64,000 bases of DNA from Candidatus Poriferihabitaceae bacterium (GCA_965226545.1 OZ245364.1:2170397-2234396); one strand, 5' to 3'; numbered from the stretch's first letter, positions 39,141 to 48,998 are shown. A program made the numbers and translations. Notes: generated by a model not told the origin, from the sequence alone.

Positions 39141-40037
39141 TTAATGTGCTGGGAGTGTTGGCAGCCATAAATGACTGGCGTCATTTTTGCGCAGCGCTTT
39201 GGCGACGGAACGCACATACACATCGACGGCGTCAATCAGTTTAAATTTGCTTTGTTTGTGCGTCACCTCAATCGTATTCCAGCAGCCTTGCGAAAACACC
39301 ACCCACTCCCGCACCGTCCGTTCGCCCGCCTCGTCGCCGGTCAGATGGCGATACAACTGACTGTCAATAAATGGCCGCAACGGCTCAATCAAATCGTAAA
39401 CAAAAGGGTGGTTGTGAAAATTCGCGCGATGATGCACGCCGAACAGCGGGCTCATTCCATGCGCAACAATTGAGCGGTGACAAATCGCCGCCAACACCGC
39501 ATAGGCGTAGTTGAGCATCAGGTTAACTTCGTTTTCGTCGTCGTGCCGTCGGGTCAGCCCGGACATGCCGCACTGTTTAAAATACTCCCGCCAATAATAA
39601 CGCGCGCAAGCGGATTCGTTAAGGACGGCGTTTGTCAGCCTTTTTTCCAAATACAAATGGCGCGCGCCGATTATTTTCAGCAATATCCGTTGGTTGTCAA
39701 TTTTGGCGCGCAACAACCGCCGCCAAATTTCCGACTGCAGTTTTTTGGTGCAGCGCGCCTGACAATACGCGACATCGCGCTTAATAATTTTCGGCAACGG
39801 TTCGGTCAAGCCGATGGGACGGTATTTTTTGTCGCAGTGCAGAATAAACGCGCCGTTTTCCAACAGCGCTGATATCAACGCATCGGTCAACGTTACCTTT
39901 TCGGTCACAATCACCACACCGCGAATATCCTCCAACGGCAATTGCCGCCGCTCATCGCCACGTTCATAGCGCAACAATCCGCGCCGCTTGTGCAGGCGGA
40001 TGTCGGGCGACATCAGATGGAGCAGGTAGTAACTCAA
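39141..40037 (-). CDS. cas1: CRISPR-associated integrase Cas1 (type II)
   Basis: 298 aa of Cas1-like architecture. The start overlaps the cas9 stop (ATGA). The conserved acidic/His region is ...NYAYAVLAAICHRSIVAHGMSPLFGVHH. Confidence 0.9.
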   Translation of the reverse strand: MSYYLLHLMSPDIRLHKRRGLLRYERGDERRQLPLEDIRGVVIVTEKVTLTDALISALLENGAFILHCDKKYRPIGLTEPLPKIIKRDVAYCQARCTKKLQSEIWRRLLRAKIDNQRILLKIIGARHLYLEKRLTNAVLNESACARYYWREYFKQCGMSGLTRRHDDENEVNLMLNYAYAVLAAICHRSIVAHGMSPLFGVHHRANFHNHPFVYDLIEPLRPFIDSQLYRHLTGDEAGERTVREWVVFSQGCWNTIEVTHKQSKFKLIDAVDVYVRSVAKALRKNDASHLWLPTLPAH

Positions 40038-43000
40038 TTTTGTTTGTCGATGGGTTTGGCGAGCGCAAGGATTTTGCTGTTGACGTTGTAAATTACGCCA
40101 TTTTGACCAATTAAGTTGACCCTCGCTGCATTACTTTCAAATCCCTTAATAATGTAAATGTCCGCAGGAATAACCTGGTGTTGAAGGCCGTCCGCCGTTG
40201 CTTTTCGAAGATACAAAAGATGAGCGCCGTTGATTTCGAACACGTCATTTTCCGCGAGTTCATTAACCCACTGTTGTTTGCAGAGGTGCAGCACCAAATT
40301 AGTGAAATTAATCAACTCTTCCTTGTTGGTTTTTGTGCTGACGATGGCAAAATTCTTAAAACTTTGCCGAGATTCTTTTACCAGGTAATCGCCGTTCAGT
40401 TCGACGTCTTTATTGACCTTGAAACCGTCCAAATGAAACGGTTTCTTGTCAATTAACAGTTTGTTGCAAGTCGCAATGCTTTTAATGTTGGCAAGCGGCA
40501 TGCGGTATTTACGCCCGAATTCGTCGGCATCGACTTTGCCGCGCAGAGAACGCATGAAAGCAATTACGGTTGCTTGCGCGTTAACTTTGACGATTTTGTA
40601 TTCACCAAAATCCAACCGTGCACTTCGCCCGAATTGGGTTGCGGTAATTTTGTCTTGCTTCGGCAGGCGAATGCTTTCCTTTGCGCGAAACAAGCCAATA
40701 ATTTCAAATTCGCTTTTCTCTATTTCTTTTCGCACATTATAAGGCGAGCGAAAACTGTGAATGGTTTTGGCATTCACTTTGCCTTTGTCGTCTTTGTAAA
40801 AAAGGTAGCCGTGTTGACGAGTTCCCTCGCCTTCCACCTTTTTGTTTGTGTACCACTGCCCGCCTCGCTCATCCGGGTCTTTGCTGATATTCTTGATTTC
40901 ACCCTGGCGAATTCGCTTCGCCTTCGCCATCTGCCGGGTGATTTTGCGGGCACGGTCCGCCTTAAATTCCTCCGGCTTATCGGCAATCGCCGGGCGCACG
41001 CGGGTGATGTAGCGCGGATACACGCTTTGCAGTTGTTTTGCAAAGTAGGCGGCGTCGATTCCCTTGGGGAATTTAAAAAATTCGGTTTTCTTGGCGTCGC
41101 GCGCCCATTCGCGCAAATAACTAATCACCATCGCATCAAGTGCATGGTGACGATGGTCGGAACGGTCTTTTTGGTATTCCATTGAACCGTCGCCGAGTGC
41201 GGTGTACAGTTTGTATTTGCGCGCAACCTTGCTGGTCAACCCGCCGCTGAACGTGAACACTTTTTGTTGTTTACCTTTTTCGCCCGGTTGCCAACCAAGG
41301 CGCAGGCATACAATATCGCGCGCTAATCTGGCGATATACGCGGTTCCGGATAAGCCGGTGTATTTTTCAATTAACTCACCAGCCTCTGCGCGCGTGCCGG
41401 CCAACAACAACCGCTTTTTGTTTCGGCTTAGCGGCAGATCATTGACCCGCTTCTTATAACCTTTCCAACATTTGTTGATAAATTCGCATTCGCTGGGCAA
41501 TTTATCGTCTTTATCGCCGTTGGTTTTGCGAGTAGTCAATACATAGTTGTATAGCGAATTTGGTCCGCCGGCATTGCGCGGATAAATGTGGTCGCATTCG
41601 TAACTTTCGAGTTTGGTGACATCCAACGCATCGCCAGTGTATACGCACTGTTTACTTTGTTCGTTAAACAAACGATAGCGAAGCACATTCCCCTCGCTTG
41701 CGGAAATCCCGAATTCTTTTAATGCATTTATTGCATCTTGACGTTCTTTGCGACCAGTGTTGGCGCGCGTAGTGTATTTGTTTTTTGCTTTTGTGCCGAG
41801 AAAATCCTCGCGCACAAATTCCAAATGCACGGCATGCGGTGCGCCGAATTGGTCAATCATGTTGACCAATTGTTTGTAAAACACATTTAACCGATGACGC
41901 AACTCAGGCCAATTGCATGAGTTAATAACCTTGTGAACCGCGCCGTCAATGTCGCCGTCTTCGGTTAAGCCGTATCTTTCGGCCAAACCGACGGCTTGAA
42001 TCGAAATAGATTCGCGCCGCTCGCCCATTTGCGCAAGAAACTTAATGTCGTCGTCGCGATACTTGTACGACGCATCGGCAAACAACTGATGCCCAAATTG
42101 CGCGTTGCGGTTTTCCCGCCGCTTTGCGGCGAGCGATTGCGACAATTCATCGTAAAACGCCTTCGGCGTTTTTTCGGAAAGGATTAACTTCTTTAACAAA
42201 TACAACGACGGTTGGCTAAATCGACTCCGCCCACGGCATTTGCCGGCATCGATTGTTTCATGCCCGACTTTTTCGACGCCGCCGTGTTCCCTCGCCAACT
42301 TTTTAACTTGAGTGGGCGTTAATTTAAAACACACGGCATACTTCTTGGCGTCGTATGGCGCGTTTTTCTTGCGCCATTTTTCCGCGCACTCATCGAACAC
42401 CGCCTTTATCTGCGCGCCGGTCAACGCGCAAACTTGCTTTTCGCCGTTTCCGGCGTCGCGTTCATAACGCCAGTTAATCAACTTCATTAAAAAAGTCGCC
42501 TCAATCGCCAACGGTTTTTCCGCCTTGCATGCGTTGCGTTTTGGACTTAACGCACATTTGGAAACAATGCGATTTTCAAAGCGCGGATATTTCTGCCCCA
42601 ACAATCCGTCGATATTGCCGGCCGACGGATAGCGTTGAGTGATTGCGTTTTGCTGGTCGCCGTACAGCGTGTTGCGCAACCCGTTGTCGTTGGCAAGATG
42701 TTGCTGAAGTCCGGCAACCTGTTTTGCGGCCTGCTCGAGCAGGCGAGTGAGTTCTTCGGTGACCAATTTTCGTGAAGGCGTATAGCCGCGCGCTTGGTCT
42801 TTTTTCTTTTGCGGCGAACGCTGCGGTTGACGAATATGCGCAATTTTTTCGGTTTTGTCGTCCCACATGCCCATCCGCCATGCGTCGTAATAACAGGGCA
42901 GTTGACGCTTCGGGTTGGCGGTCATCGCCGCCAGACGCTTGTCAAAATCGCCCGCCTTCGTTTGGGATTCTTTGGCTTCGTCATCCTCCTCCCGACTGCG

Positions 43001-43459
43001 CCACGGCACCTCCGCGTCATAACCGCGCCGTTGAATCGCGGCATGCAGCGCCTTGTAGATTTGCCAATCCTGCAGCGGCGCGCCTTCCAGCAACATAATG
43101 CGCAACAGCGACGATGCGTATACCGTGTCGTCGCCCTTTGCCGGAAATTCACGCTCCAATCGTTGGTCGGCGGCGGTTTTGATAAATTTGCGTCCGCGTT
43201 TGCCGTCCGGGTTTTTCTCAAAACGTTTGCGCTGCAGCGGGGTTTTGCCGACCGCGCGCCATAGATTTTCCAACGCGCGTTCGCGCGCCTTGTGCGCTTG
43301 GCGGGTGCGATATTGGCGCCGCCGTTCGGATTGCGCCTGCACCGAGCCGGCTTCGGCGTGCATCAACAGCACATCGGCGTGGATGATGTCGCCGTCGGTG
43401 TTGACGGCAACGCCGAGCGAGGTCATGCCGACGTCAAAGGAGAAATTGGTGTTCGTCAT
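40034..43459 (-). CDS. cas9: Cas9 (type II-C-like, 1141 aa)
   Basis: RuvC-I FSFDVGMTSLGVAV (D9); Arg-rich bridge helix SERRRQYRTRQAHKARERAL; RuvC-II HAVHLEFVRE; HNH YECDHIYPRNAGGPNSLYNYVLTTRKTNGDKDDKLP; RuvC-III DHRHHALDAMVISY. Confidence 0.95.
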   Translation of the reverse strand: MTNTNFSFDVGMTSLGVAVNTDGDIIHADVLLMHAEAGSVQAQSERRRQYRTRQAHKARERALENLWRAVGKTPLQRKRFEKNPDGKRGRKFIKTAADQRLEREFPAKGDDTVYASSLLRIMLLEGAPLQDWQIYKALHAAIQRRGYDAEVPWRSREEDDEAKESQTKAGDFDKRLAAMTANPKRQLPCYYDAWRMGMWDDKTEKIAHIRQPQRSPQKKKDQARGYTPSRKLVTEELTRLLEQAAKQVAGLQQHLANDNGLRNTLYGDQQNAITQRYPSAGNIDGLLGQKYPRFENRIVSKCALSPKRNACKAEKPLAIEATFLMKLINWRYERDAGNGEKQVCALTGAQIKAVFDECAEKWRKKNAPYDAKKYAVCFKLTPTQVKKLAREHGGVEKVGHETIDAGKCRGRSRFSQPSLYLLKKLILSEKTPKAFYDELSQSLAAKRRENRNAQFGHQLFADASYKYRDDDIKFLAQMGERRESISIQAVGLAERYGLTEDGDIDGAVHKVINSCNWPELRHRLNVFYKQLVNMIDQFGAPHAVHLEFVREDFLGTKAKNKYTTRANTGRKERQDAINALKEFGISASEGNVLRYRLFNEQSKQCVYTGDALDVTKLESYECDHIYPRNAGGPNSLYNYVLTTRKTNGDKDDKLPSECEFINKCWKGYKKRVNDLPLSRNKKRLLLAGTRAEAGELIEKYTGLSGTAYIARLARDIVCLRLGWQPGEKGKQQKVFTFSGGLTSKVARKYKLYTALGDGSMEYQKDRSDHRHHALDAMVISYLREWARDAKKTEFFKFPKGIDAAYFAKQLQSVYPRYITRVRPAIADKPEEFKADRARKITRQMAKAKRIRQGEIKNISKDPDERGGQWYTNKKVEGEGTRQHGYLFYKDDKGKVNAKTIHSFRSPYNVRKEIEKSEFEIIGLFRAKESIRLPKQDKITATQFGRSARLDFGEYKIVKVNAQATVIAFMRSLRGKVDADEFGRKYRMPLANIKSIATCNKLLIDKKPFHLDGFKVNKDVELNGDYLVKESRQSFKNFAIVSTKTNKEELINFTNLVLHLCKQQWVNELAENDVFEINGAHLLYLRKATADGLQHQVIPADIYIIKGFESNAARVNLIGQNGVIYNVNSKILALAKPIDKQN

Positions 43460-43567
43460 TTTTCGATGCCCATTGGGTTGGTGTTACAACATCGGCGTTT
43501 GCATCGGTCGTTGCGATGCATCCGCCAATCGCTTTTTACGGTTACCCGCGCTTTTTGTCAAATGCCG
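43460..43567 (-). ncRNA. tracrRNA candidate C / repeat-like relic in the cas9 5' leader
   Basis: The + strand at 43540-43555 is identical to repeat nt 6-21 at 13/16 positions. It is flanked by TTTT (repeat nt 2-5, after a 3-nt insertion) and GT-AAAT (repeat nt 29-36), so the minus-strand RNA carries an anti-repeat. A minus-strand TAAAAT box lies at 43574-79. Hairpins lie at 43494-43526. There is no U-tract before the cas9 ATG. Confidence 0.3.
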
Positions 43568-43586
43568 CCGGGTATTTTAGGCGGTG

Positions 43587-43697
43587 GCGGTGCTACAATA
43601 CGCGATTATTTTGCGTCGTGCGCGGCGTTTATATTTCACAAAAACTTTGCTTTGGCTTTATGCGGCTGATTAAATTACAGATTTCCGGGTTTAAATC
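43587..43697 (+). repeat. Inverted-repeat copy A: smc promoter region plus the first 38 nt of smc
   Basis: 111 bp matching the reverse complement of 63359-63473. There are 3 substitutions and one 4-nt indel upstream. The copies are identical from ~10 nt before the ATG through MRLIKLQISGFKS. Confidence 0.9.
43591..43599 (+). promoter_or_regulatory. Extended -10 promoter TGCTACAAT upstream of smc
   Basis: TGnTACAAT lies 61 nt upstream of the smc ATG (43660), inside the duplicated segment. Copy B has TGCTACAAC. Confidence 0.5.
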
Positions 43698-46600
43698 GTT
43701 TGTGGACCCGACCGAAATTCGGTTGCCGGCGAATTGGGTGGCGGTGGTCGGGCCGAATGGTTGCGGCAAATCCAACATTATCGACGCGGTGCGTTGGGTG
43801 ATGGGCGAGGCCTCGGCGCGCAATTTGCGCGGCGACCAGATGGTCGATGTGATTTTTAACGGCTCGACTACGCGCAAGCCGGTGGGCAAGGCGTCGGTCG
43901 AGTTGGTGTTCGACAACAGCGACGGCGCGATTGGCGGCAACTTCTCAAAGTTTGCCGAGATTTCAGTGCAGCGCACCTTAAGCCGCGACGGGCAATCCAA
44001 CTATTACATCAACCGCATCAAAACCCGGCGCAAGGACGTGTTGGATTTGTTTCGCGGCACCGGCTTAGGGCCGCGGTCGTATTCGATTATCGAGCAGGGA
44101 ATGGTCAGCCGCATCATCGAAGCGCGCAGCGAGGATTTGCGATTGTTTGTCGAAGAGGCCGCCGGCACCTCGCGATATAAAGACCGCCGCCGCGAAACCG
44201 AAACGCGCATTAAAAACACCCGCGAGAATCTCGAGCGCGTCGATGATTTGCGCGATGAACTCGGGCGTCAATTGCGCCGACTCAAACGTCAAGCCGGCGC
44301 GGCCAAACGCTATCGCGAACTTAAAGCCGAACAACGTTTGGTCAACGGACAATTGTTGCTGTTGCGGCTCACCGAGTTGGAGGACGACATGCAACAGCAC
44401 GACCGTCAATCGGCGCAGCATGAAAACAATTTGCAAAGCGCGATTGCCAAGGTGCGCGAAAACGAAGCCAAAGTCGAAACCTTGCGGCGCGAACAAGACG
44501 AACTGCATGAAACGCACGGCAAAATCGACCGGCGTTTTTACGATTTAACCGCGCAAATCACCAACACCGAACAGCGCATCGAACATCTCACCGAAACCCA
44601 ACAACAGCGCGACGAACAAATCGACCGATTGCAGGACAGTTGCGAACAACATCAACAACAATTGGACGCCGACTCGGCGCGGTTAAACAAACTGCAAAGC
44701 GAACGCGCGCAATTGGCCGGCGAATTGGAGGCGGTCGGCGAACGCCGCACGCGCGCTGATGCGCAACTTGCCGAAGCCGAACAATCTCTCGATGAATGGC
44801 GCAGCGCGTGGGAAACATTTAATCAACAACTGCAAACCCCGGCGCGCGAACGCGATGTGCAGCAATCGCGCATTGTGCAATTGGAACAACATTTAAAGCG
44901 CACCACCGACCACGCCGCAAAGTTAAAGGACGAACGCGACGCATTGCAAACCACCGTGGCTGAGATGAACATCGATGCGGTGCGCGCGGATGTGCGCAAG
45001 CACGATGATTCCTGCGAACAAAACGAACGCGAACTGCGCGGCTTCGAGGAACAACTGCAAACGCTCGAACAAACCATCCAACAGGAACGCGACCGCGCCG
45101 CGCAACTGCGCGAACGCGACCGCGAAATCGAATCGCGCGGCGAATCATTGCGGCAGATACAAACCGCCGCCTTGGGCGGCGACGACGAAGCGTTGCGCGA
45201 ATGGTTGAGTCGCCATCAACTCAGCGATGCGCCGCGATTGGCGGCGCGGGTGCGCGTTGCCGACGGTTGGCAGCGCGCCGCCGACCGATTGTTGAACGGG
45301 CATCTCGGTGCGTTATGCATTGCGCAACATCCGCAGGCGGCGTTGCGCGCGCGACCGGATTGCGCGTTCTCACTGTTGGTCGAACGTCCGGTCAAGGGCG
45401 CGGACGACAACAACAAACGCGCGCGGTTGTTGGACAAGGTCGAATCCGGCGCGGCTGATTTAACCGCGTTGCTCGGCGGCGTGTATTTGGCCGAAACATT
45501 GGACGATGCAATCGCGATGCAGGGCGATTTGCGTGGGCGCGAATGCGCGGTGACGCGCGACGGCGAATTGGTCGGCGCCAATTGGATTAGTTTCGCCAGC
45601 CAAAGCCAGATGGAAACCGGCGTGTTGGTGCGCGAAGAGGAAATCCATCAATTGCAGCAACAACTTGCGCAACTGCAGAGCGAACTTGCCGAACGTCAAA
45701 CGCAAACCGAACAACTCGAATCCGAACGCTCGGATTTGCGCGAACGCGCCAAACGTCAACGCAATACAAACCAAAAACTGCGCGCCGACAACACCGCCAA
45801 GCACGGCGATTTGGGGCGCATCGAGGCGCGCCATTTGGAAACAACGCAACGCATCGCCGCGATTGAAAAGGAATTGGCGTCGCTCGGCGAACATCAACAA
45901 ACCGACCACGGCGAAATCGCCAAGGCGCGCGAATTGTTAAAGGACGCAACCAGCCGTCAATCGACGCTCGAAGCCAAACGCGAACTGTTGTTGGCCGACA
46001 AGGCGCAAAGCGAACAACGAGTCGAACGATGCAAAACCGAATCGACTTCGGCGAATGAACACGCACACGGGCTTGCGTTAACCCAACAACGTCTCGATGC
46101 CGAGGGCGAGTCGCTTGAGTTTTCGGTCGAGCGGTTGAAGCGACAATTGCGCGATGATGGCGCGCAACTGCAGCAATTGCGCGGCGGCGTGCGCGAATCC
46201 GATTCGGTCGATGAAATCAAACGGCAACTGCAGGCGATGTTGACGCGCAAAACCGACGCCGAACAGGAACTTGCGCAAAGCCAACAGGCGGTCGGCGCGA
46301 TTGACAATCGCATCGATGAATCCGTCTCGCGTCAAAACCAACTGCAAAAAAGCGTCAGCGAATTGCGCGAGGCGCGTCAACAACACGAACTTGAGCGGCA
46401 GGAAACATCGGTGCGTCTGCAAACCCAACTCGAAGAGTTTGACCGCCACGGTTATGAACGCAAGGCGCTCGCCGAACAATTGCCGGATGATGCCGACGCC
46501 GACAAGTGGGTCGCGCGCAGCGAACAATTGACGCAACAAATCGACCGCATCGGCCCGGTGAACTTGGTTGCGATTGAGGAGTTTGACGAAGAAAGCGAAC

Positions 46601-47163
46601 GCAAACAACATCTCGACAAACAGCGCGATGATTTAACCGAGGCGTTGGACACCTTGGTCGGCGTGATACAAAAAATCGACCGCGAAACCCGCACGTTGTT
46701 TCAAGACACCTTCGAGCGACTCAACAAAGGCTTCGGTGAATTTTTTCCGCGTTTGTTTGGCGGCGGCAAGGCTTCGCTGCAGTTAACCGGCAAGGATTTG
46801 TTAAGCGCCGGCGTCGAGGTGATGGCGCAACCGCCGGGCAAACGCAACAGCACGATTCATCTTTTATCCGGCGGCGAGAAGGCGTTGACTGCGGTGGCGT
46901 TGTTGTTTGCGTTGTTTCAATTAAACCCGGCGCCGTTTTGCATGCTCGACGAAGTCGATGCGCCGCTCGACGACGCCAATGTCGCGCGCTATTGCGAAAC
47001 GATTAAGACGTTGGTGAAGGTGAGCCAAATGATTGTCATCACCCACAACAAAATTACGATGGAATCCTCCGAAGTGCTGCTCGGTGTTACAATGGGCGAA
47101 GCCGGCGTGTCGCGATTGGTGTCGGTGGATATTGATGAAGCGGTGCGTTTGGCGGCGAGTTAA
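43660..47163 (+). CDS. smc: Chromosome partition protein Smc
   Basis: From MRLIKLQISGFKSF...VVGPNGCGKSNIIDA (Walker A), through long coiled coils and a hinge, to the C-terminal LSGGEKALTAVALLFALF (signature) and CMLDEVDAPLD (Walker B). Confidence 0.95.
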   Translation: MRLIKLQISGFKSFVDPTEIRLPANWVAVVGPNGCGKSNIIDAVRWVMGEASARNLRGDQMVDVIFNGSTTRKPVGKASVELVFDNSDGAIGGNFSKFAEISVQRTLSRDGQSNYYINRIKTRRKDVLDLFRGTGLGPRSYSIIEQGMVSRIIEARSEDLRLFVEEAAGTSRYKDRRRETETRIKNTRENLERVDDLRDELGRQLRRLKRQAGAAKRYRELKAEQRLVNGQLLLLRLTELEDDMQQHDRQSAQHENNLQSAIAKVRENEAKVETLRREQDELHETHGKIDRRFYDLTAQITNTEQRIEHLTETQQQRDEQIDRLQDSCEQHQQQLDADSARLNKLQSERAQLAGELEAVGERRTRADAQLAEAEQSLDEWRSAWETFNQQLQTPARERDVQQSRIVQLEQHLKRTTDHAAKLKDERDALQTTVAEMNIDAVRADVRKHDDSCEQNERELRGFEEQLQTLEQTIQQERDRAAQLRERDREIESRGESLRQIQTAALGGDDEALREWLSRHQLSDAPRLAARVRVADGWQRAADRLLNGHLGALCIAQHPQAALRARPDCAFSLLVERPVKGADDNNKRARLLDKVESGAADLTALLGGVYLAETLDDAIAMQGDLRGRECAVTRDGELVGANWISFASQSQMETGVLVREEEIHQLQQQLAQLQSELAERQTQTEQLESERSDLRERAKRQRNTNQKLRADNTAKHGDLGRIEARHLETTQRIAAIEKELASLGEHQQTDHGEIAKARELLKDATSRQSTLEAKRELLLADKAQSEQRVERCKTESTSANEHAHGLALTQQRLDAEGESLEFSVERLKRQLRDDGAQLQQLRGGVRESDSVDEIKRQLQAMLTRKTDAEQELAQSQQAVGAIDNRIDESVSRQNQLQKSVSELREARQQHELERQETSVRLQTQLEEFDRHGYERKALAEQLPDDADADKWVARSEQLTQQIDRIGPVNLVAIEEFDEESERKQHLDKQRDDLTEALDTLVGVIQKIDRETRTLFQDTFERLNKGFGEFFPRLFGGGKASLQLTGKDLLSAGVEVMAQPPGKRNSTIHLLSGGEKALTAVALLFALFQLNPAPFCMLDEVDAPLDDANVARYCETIKTLVKVSQMIVITHNKITMESSEVLLGVTMGEAGVSRLVSVDIDEAVRLAAS

Positions 47164-47237
47164 GTCGCGCTTGGCGCACTTATCGATTTGCATTAACGCA
47201 ACACGGTGGTTCGGGCGTTTATCACGCGGGGGATGCG

Positions 47238-48998
47238 GTGAATCTGCTGTTGAATCTAAGTTTGCAAACGGTGTTGTTGCTCATCGGCGTCGGCATCGTC
47301 GCGGTGATTTATTTGGCGGCGCGCCTGCCGCCGCGCAAGATGCGCGTACATTCACGCGGCGCATCGCAACGCACCCCGCGCCGCCCGAATGATTGGGATG
47401 AAGAGGAGGAGGCGTTGTTGTGGGATGACCATCCGCAACGCGCGGATGAGTATGGATATGATGATGACGACGACGATGGCAATGTTGATGGCGAAGATTA
47501 CGATGATGGTGACGGTGAACATGACGACGACCGTGACCGTGACGGGTTGGACGACAACCGTGCGTTACGCGACATCGATGATGTTGACGAGGTTGACGAT
47601 GGCATTGACGCGGACGACGAAGTCGATATGTTGGACGATGTCGGCGGTGTCGACAATGTCGACGATGATGTCGACGATATTAATAATGCGAACAATGCCG
47701 CCGCCGGTTTGCGCGGCGGAGTAACCAATGCATTGGACGATGAGTTGGATGACCGATTGGATGACGGCTTGGACGACCGGTTAAATGAAAAGTTGGACGC
47801 GCGATTGCCCGGTGATTTGCCGGACGACTTGCCGGACGAACTTCCCGATGACTTGCCTGATGAATTGGATGACCCGCTCGATGACCCGTTGGACGACCCG
47901 CTCGACAACGGGTTGGACGATTCACTCGACAACTCATTGGACAACGCCGCCACCCCCGCCACACCGCGTCTCGATGCGCGCGCCGATGCGCCGTTGCGCG
48001 CGGCGGCGATTGCCGACGCCGACCTTGGCGTTTGCGCCGAAGGGTTTGAGCGGTTGAGCCAGATTGATTATTGGGTGCGCATCACCGGCGAGCGCGATGT
48101 TGGGCGTGAAACGGTGTTGGCGATGTACCGCGAAGGCGCGGGCGCGTTGAGCAAAACGCATTGGATACACGGATTACAAACGCCGCAGCGCACTTGGTGC
48201 GATGTCGAGCGCATCGATGAGGGTGCGCGGTTTGCCGATTTGGTGTTGACGCTGCAACTCGCCGATTATCGCGGCGCGGTCGATTCTGATGAGATGCGGC
48301 GGTTTTCGCAATTGGTCGAGCGGCTGTCCGAAGGCACGCGGCGCGAATTTAATTTTATGACCACGATTGACAATGCGCTGGCGCAAGGCGAAGCGTTGCA
48401 TGCCTTTATCCGCCGATTCGACGGCTTGGTTTCGGTGCAGGTTGCGCCGCAAACCGGCGAGATGTTTCAAGGCGCGGCGATTGCGCGATGCGCCGCGCAA
48501 ATTGGATTGGAACAACATCAACAATGTTTCGCCCGATTTAAAAGCGCCGGCGGCAAAAAGATTCAACTGTATACATTAACCAATCTCGGTCGCGCCGACT
48601 CGGCGGCGGACTCATCAGCCGATTCATCGATTGCGCCGTTCGATTTCGCCAACATTGCCGGCTTCGCCACCGGCGGCGTGGCGTTCTGCACGCGTCCGGC
48701 GATGCATCAAATGCCCGGCGCGGTGTTTGCCGAGATGTTGGACAGCGCGCGCGCGTTTGCCTCGAGATTGGGCGGCGAAGTTCGACGCGGCGATGCGCCG
48801 CGCCATTACGCCGAAGTGCAGCACGATGAAGTACGACGCGCCGAAATACGACGCGCTGAAATACAACGCTACGAAATACAGCACGCCGATTTGGATTCGA
48901 TGCGCGCGGTGATTGAACAAAACGCCGCAAAAATGAAACAATGCGGCATCGCCGCCGGCGCAGACGAAGCGCGCCGCATTTTTGCGCGCACTTCTTAA
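47238..48998 (+). CDS. zipA: Cell division protein ZipA with an extremely Asp-rich linker
   Basis: GTG start. It has an N-terminal TM anchor LLLIGVGIVAVIYLAA, a ~190-aa acidic repeat linker, and a C-terminal globular domain. It lies in the conserved smc-zipA-ligA synteny. Confidence 0.7.
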   Translation: MNLLLNLSLQTVLLLIGVGIVAVIYLAARLPPRKMRVHSRGASQRTPRRPNDWDEEEEALLWDDHPQRADEYGYDDDDDDGNVDGEDYDDGDGEHDDDRDRDGLDDNRALRDIDDVDEVDDGIDADDEVDMLDDVGGVDNVDDDVDDINNANNAAAGLRGGVTNALDDELDDRLDDGLDDRLNEKLDARLPGDLPDDLPDELPDDLPDELDDPLDDPLDDPLDNGLDDSLDNSLDNAATPATPRLDARADAPLRAAAIADADLGVCAEGFERLSQIDYWVRITGERDVGRETVLAMYREGAGALSKTHWIHGLQTPQRTWCDVERIDEGARFADLVLTLQLADYRGAVDSDEMRRFSQLVERLSEGTRREFNFMTTIDNALAQGEALHAFIRRFDGLVSVQVAPQTGEMFQGAAIARCAAQIGLEQHQQCFARFKSAGGKKIQLYTLTNLGRADSAADSSADSSIAPFDFANIAGFATGGVAFCTRPAMHQMPGAVFAEMLDSARAFASRLGGEVRRGDAPRHYAEVQHDEVRRAEIRRAEIQRYEIQHADLDSMRAVIEQNAAKMKQCGIAAGADEARRIFARTS

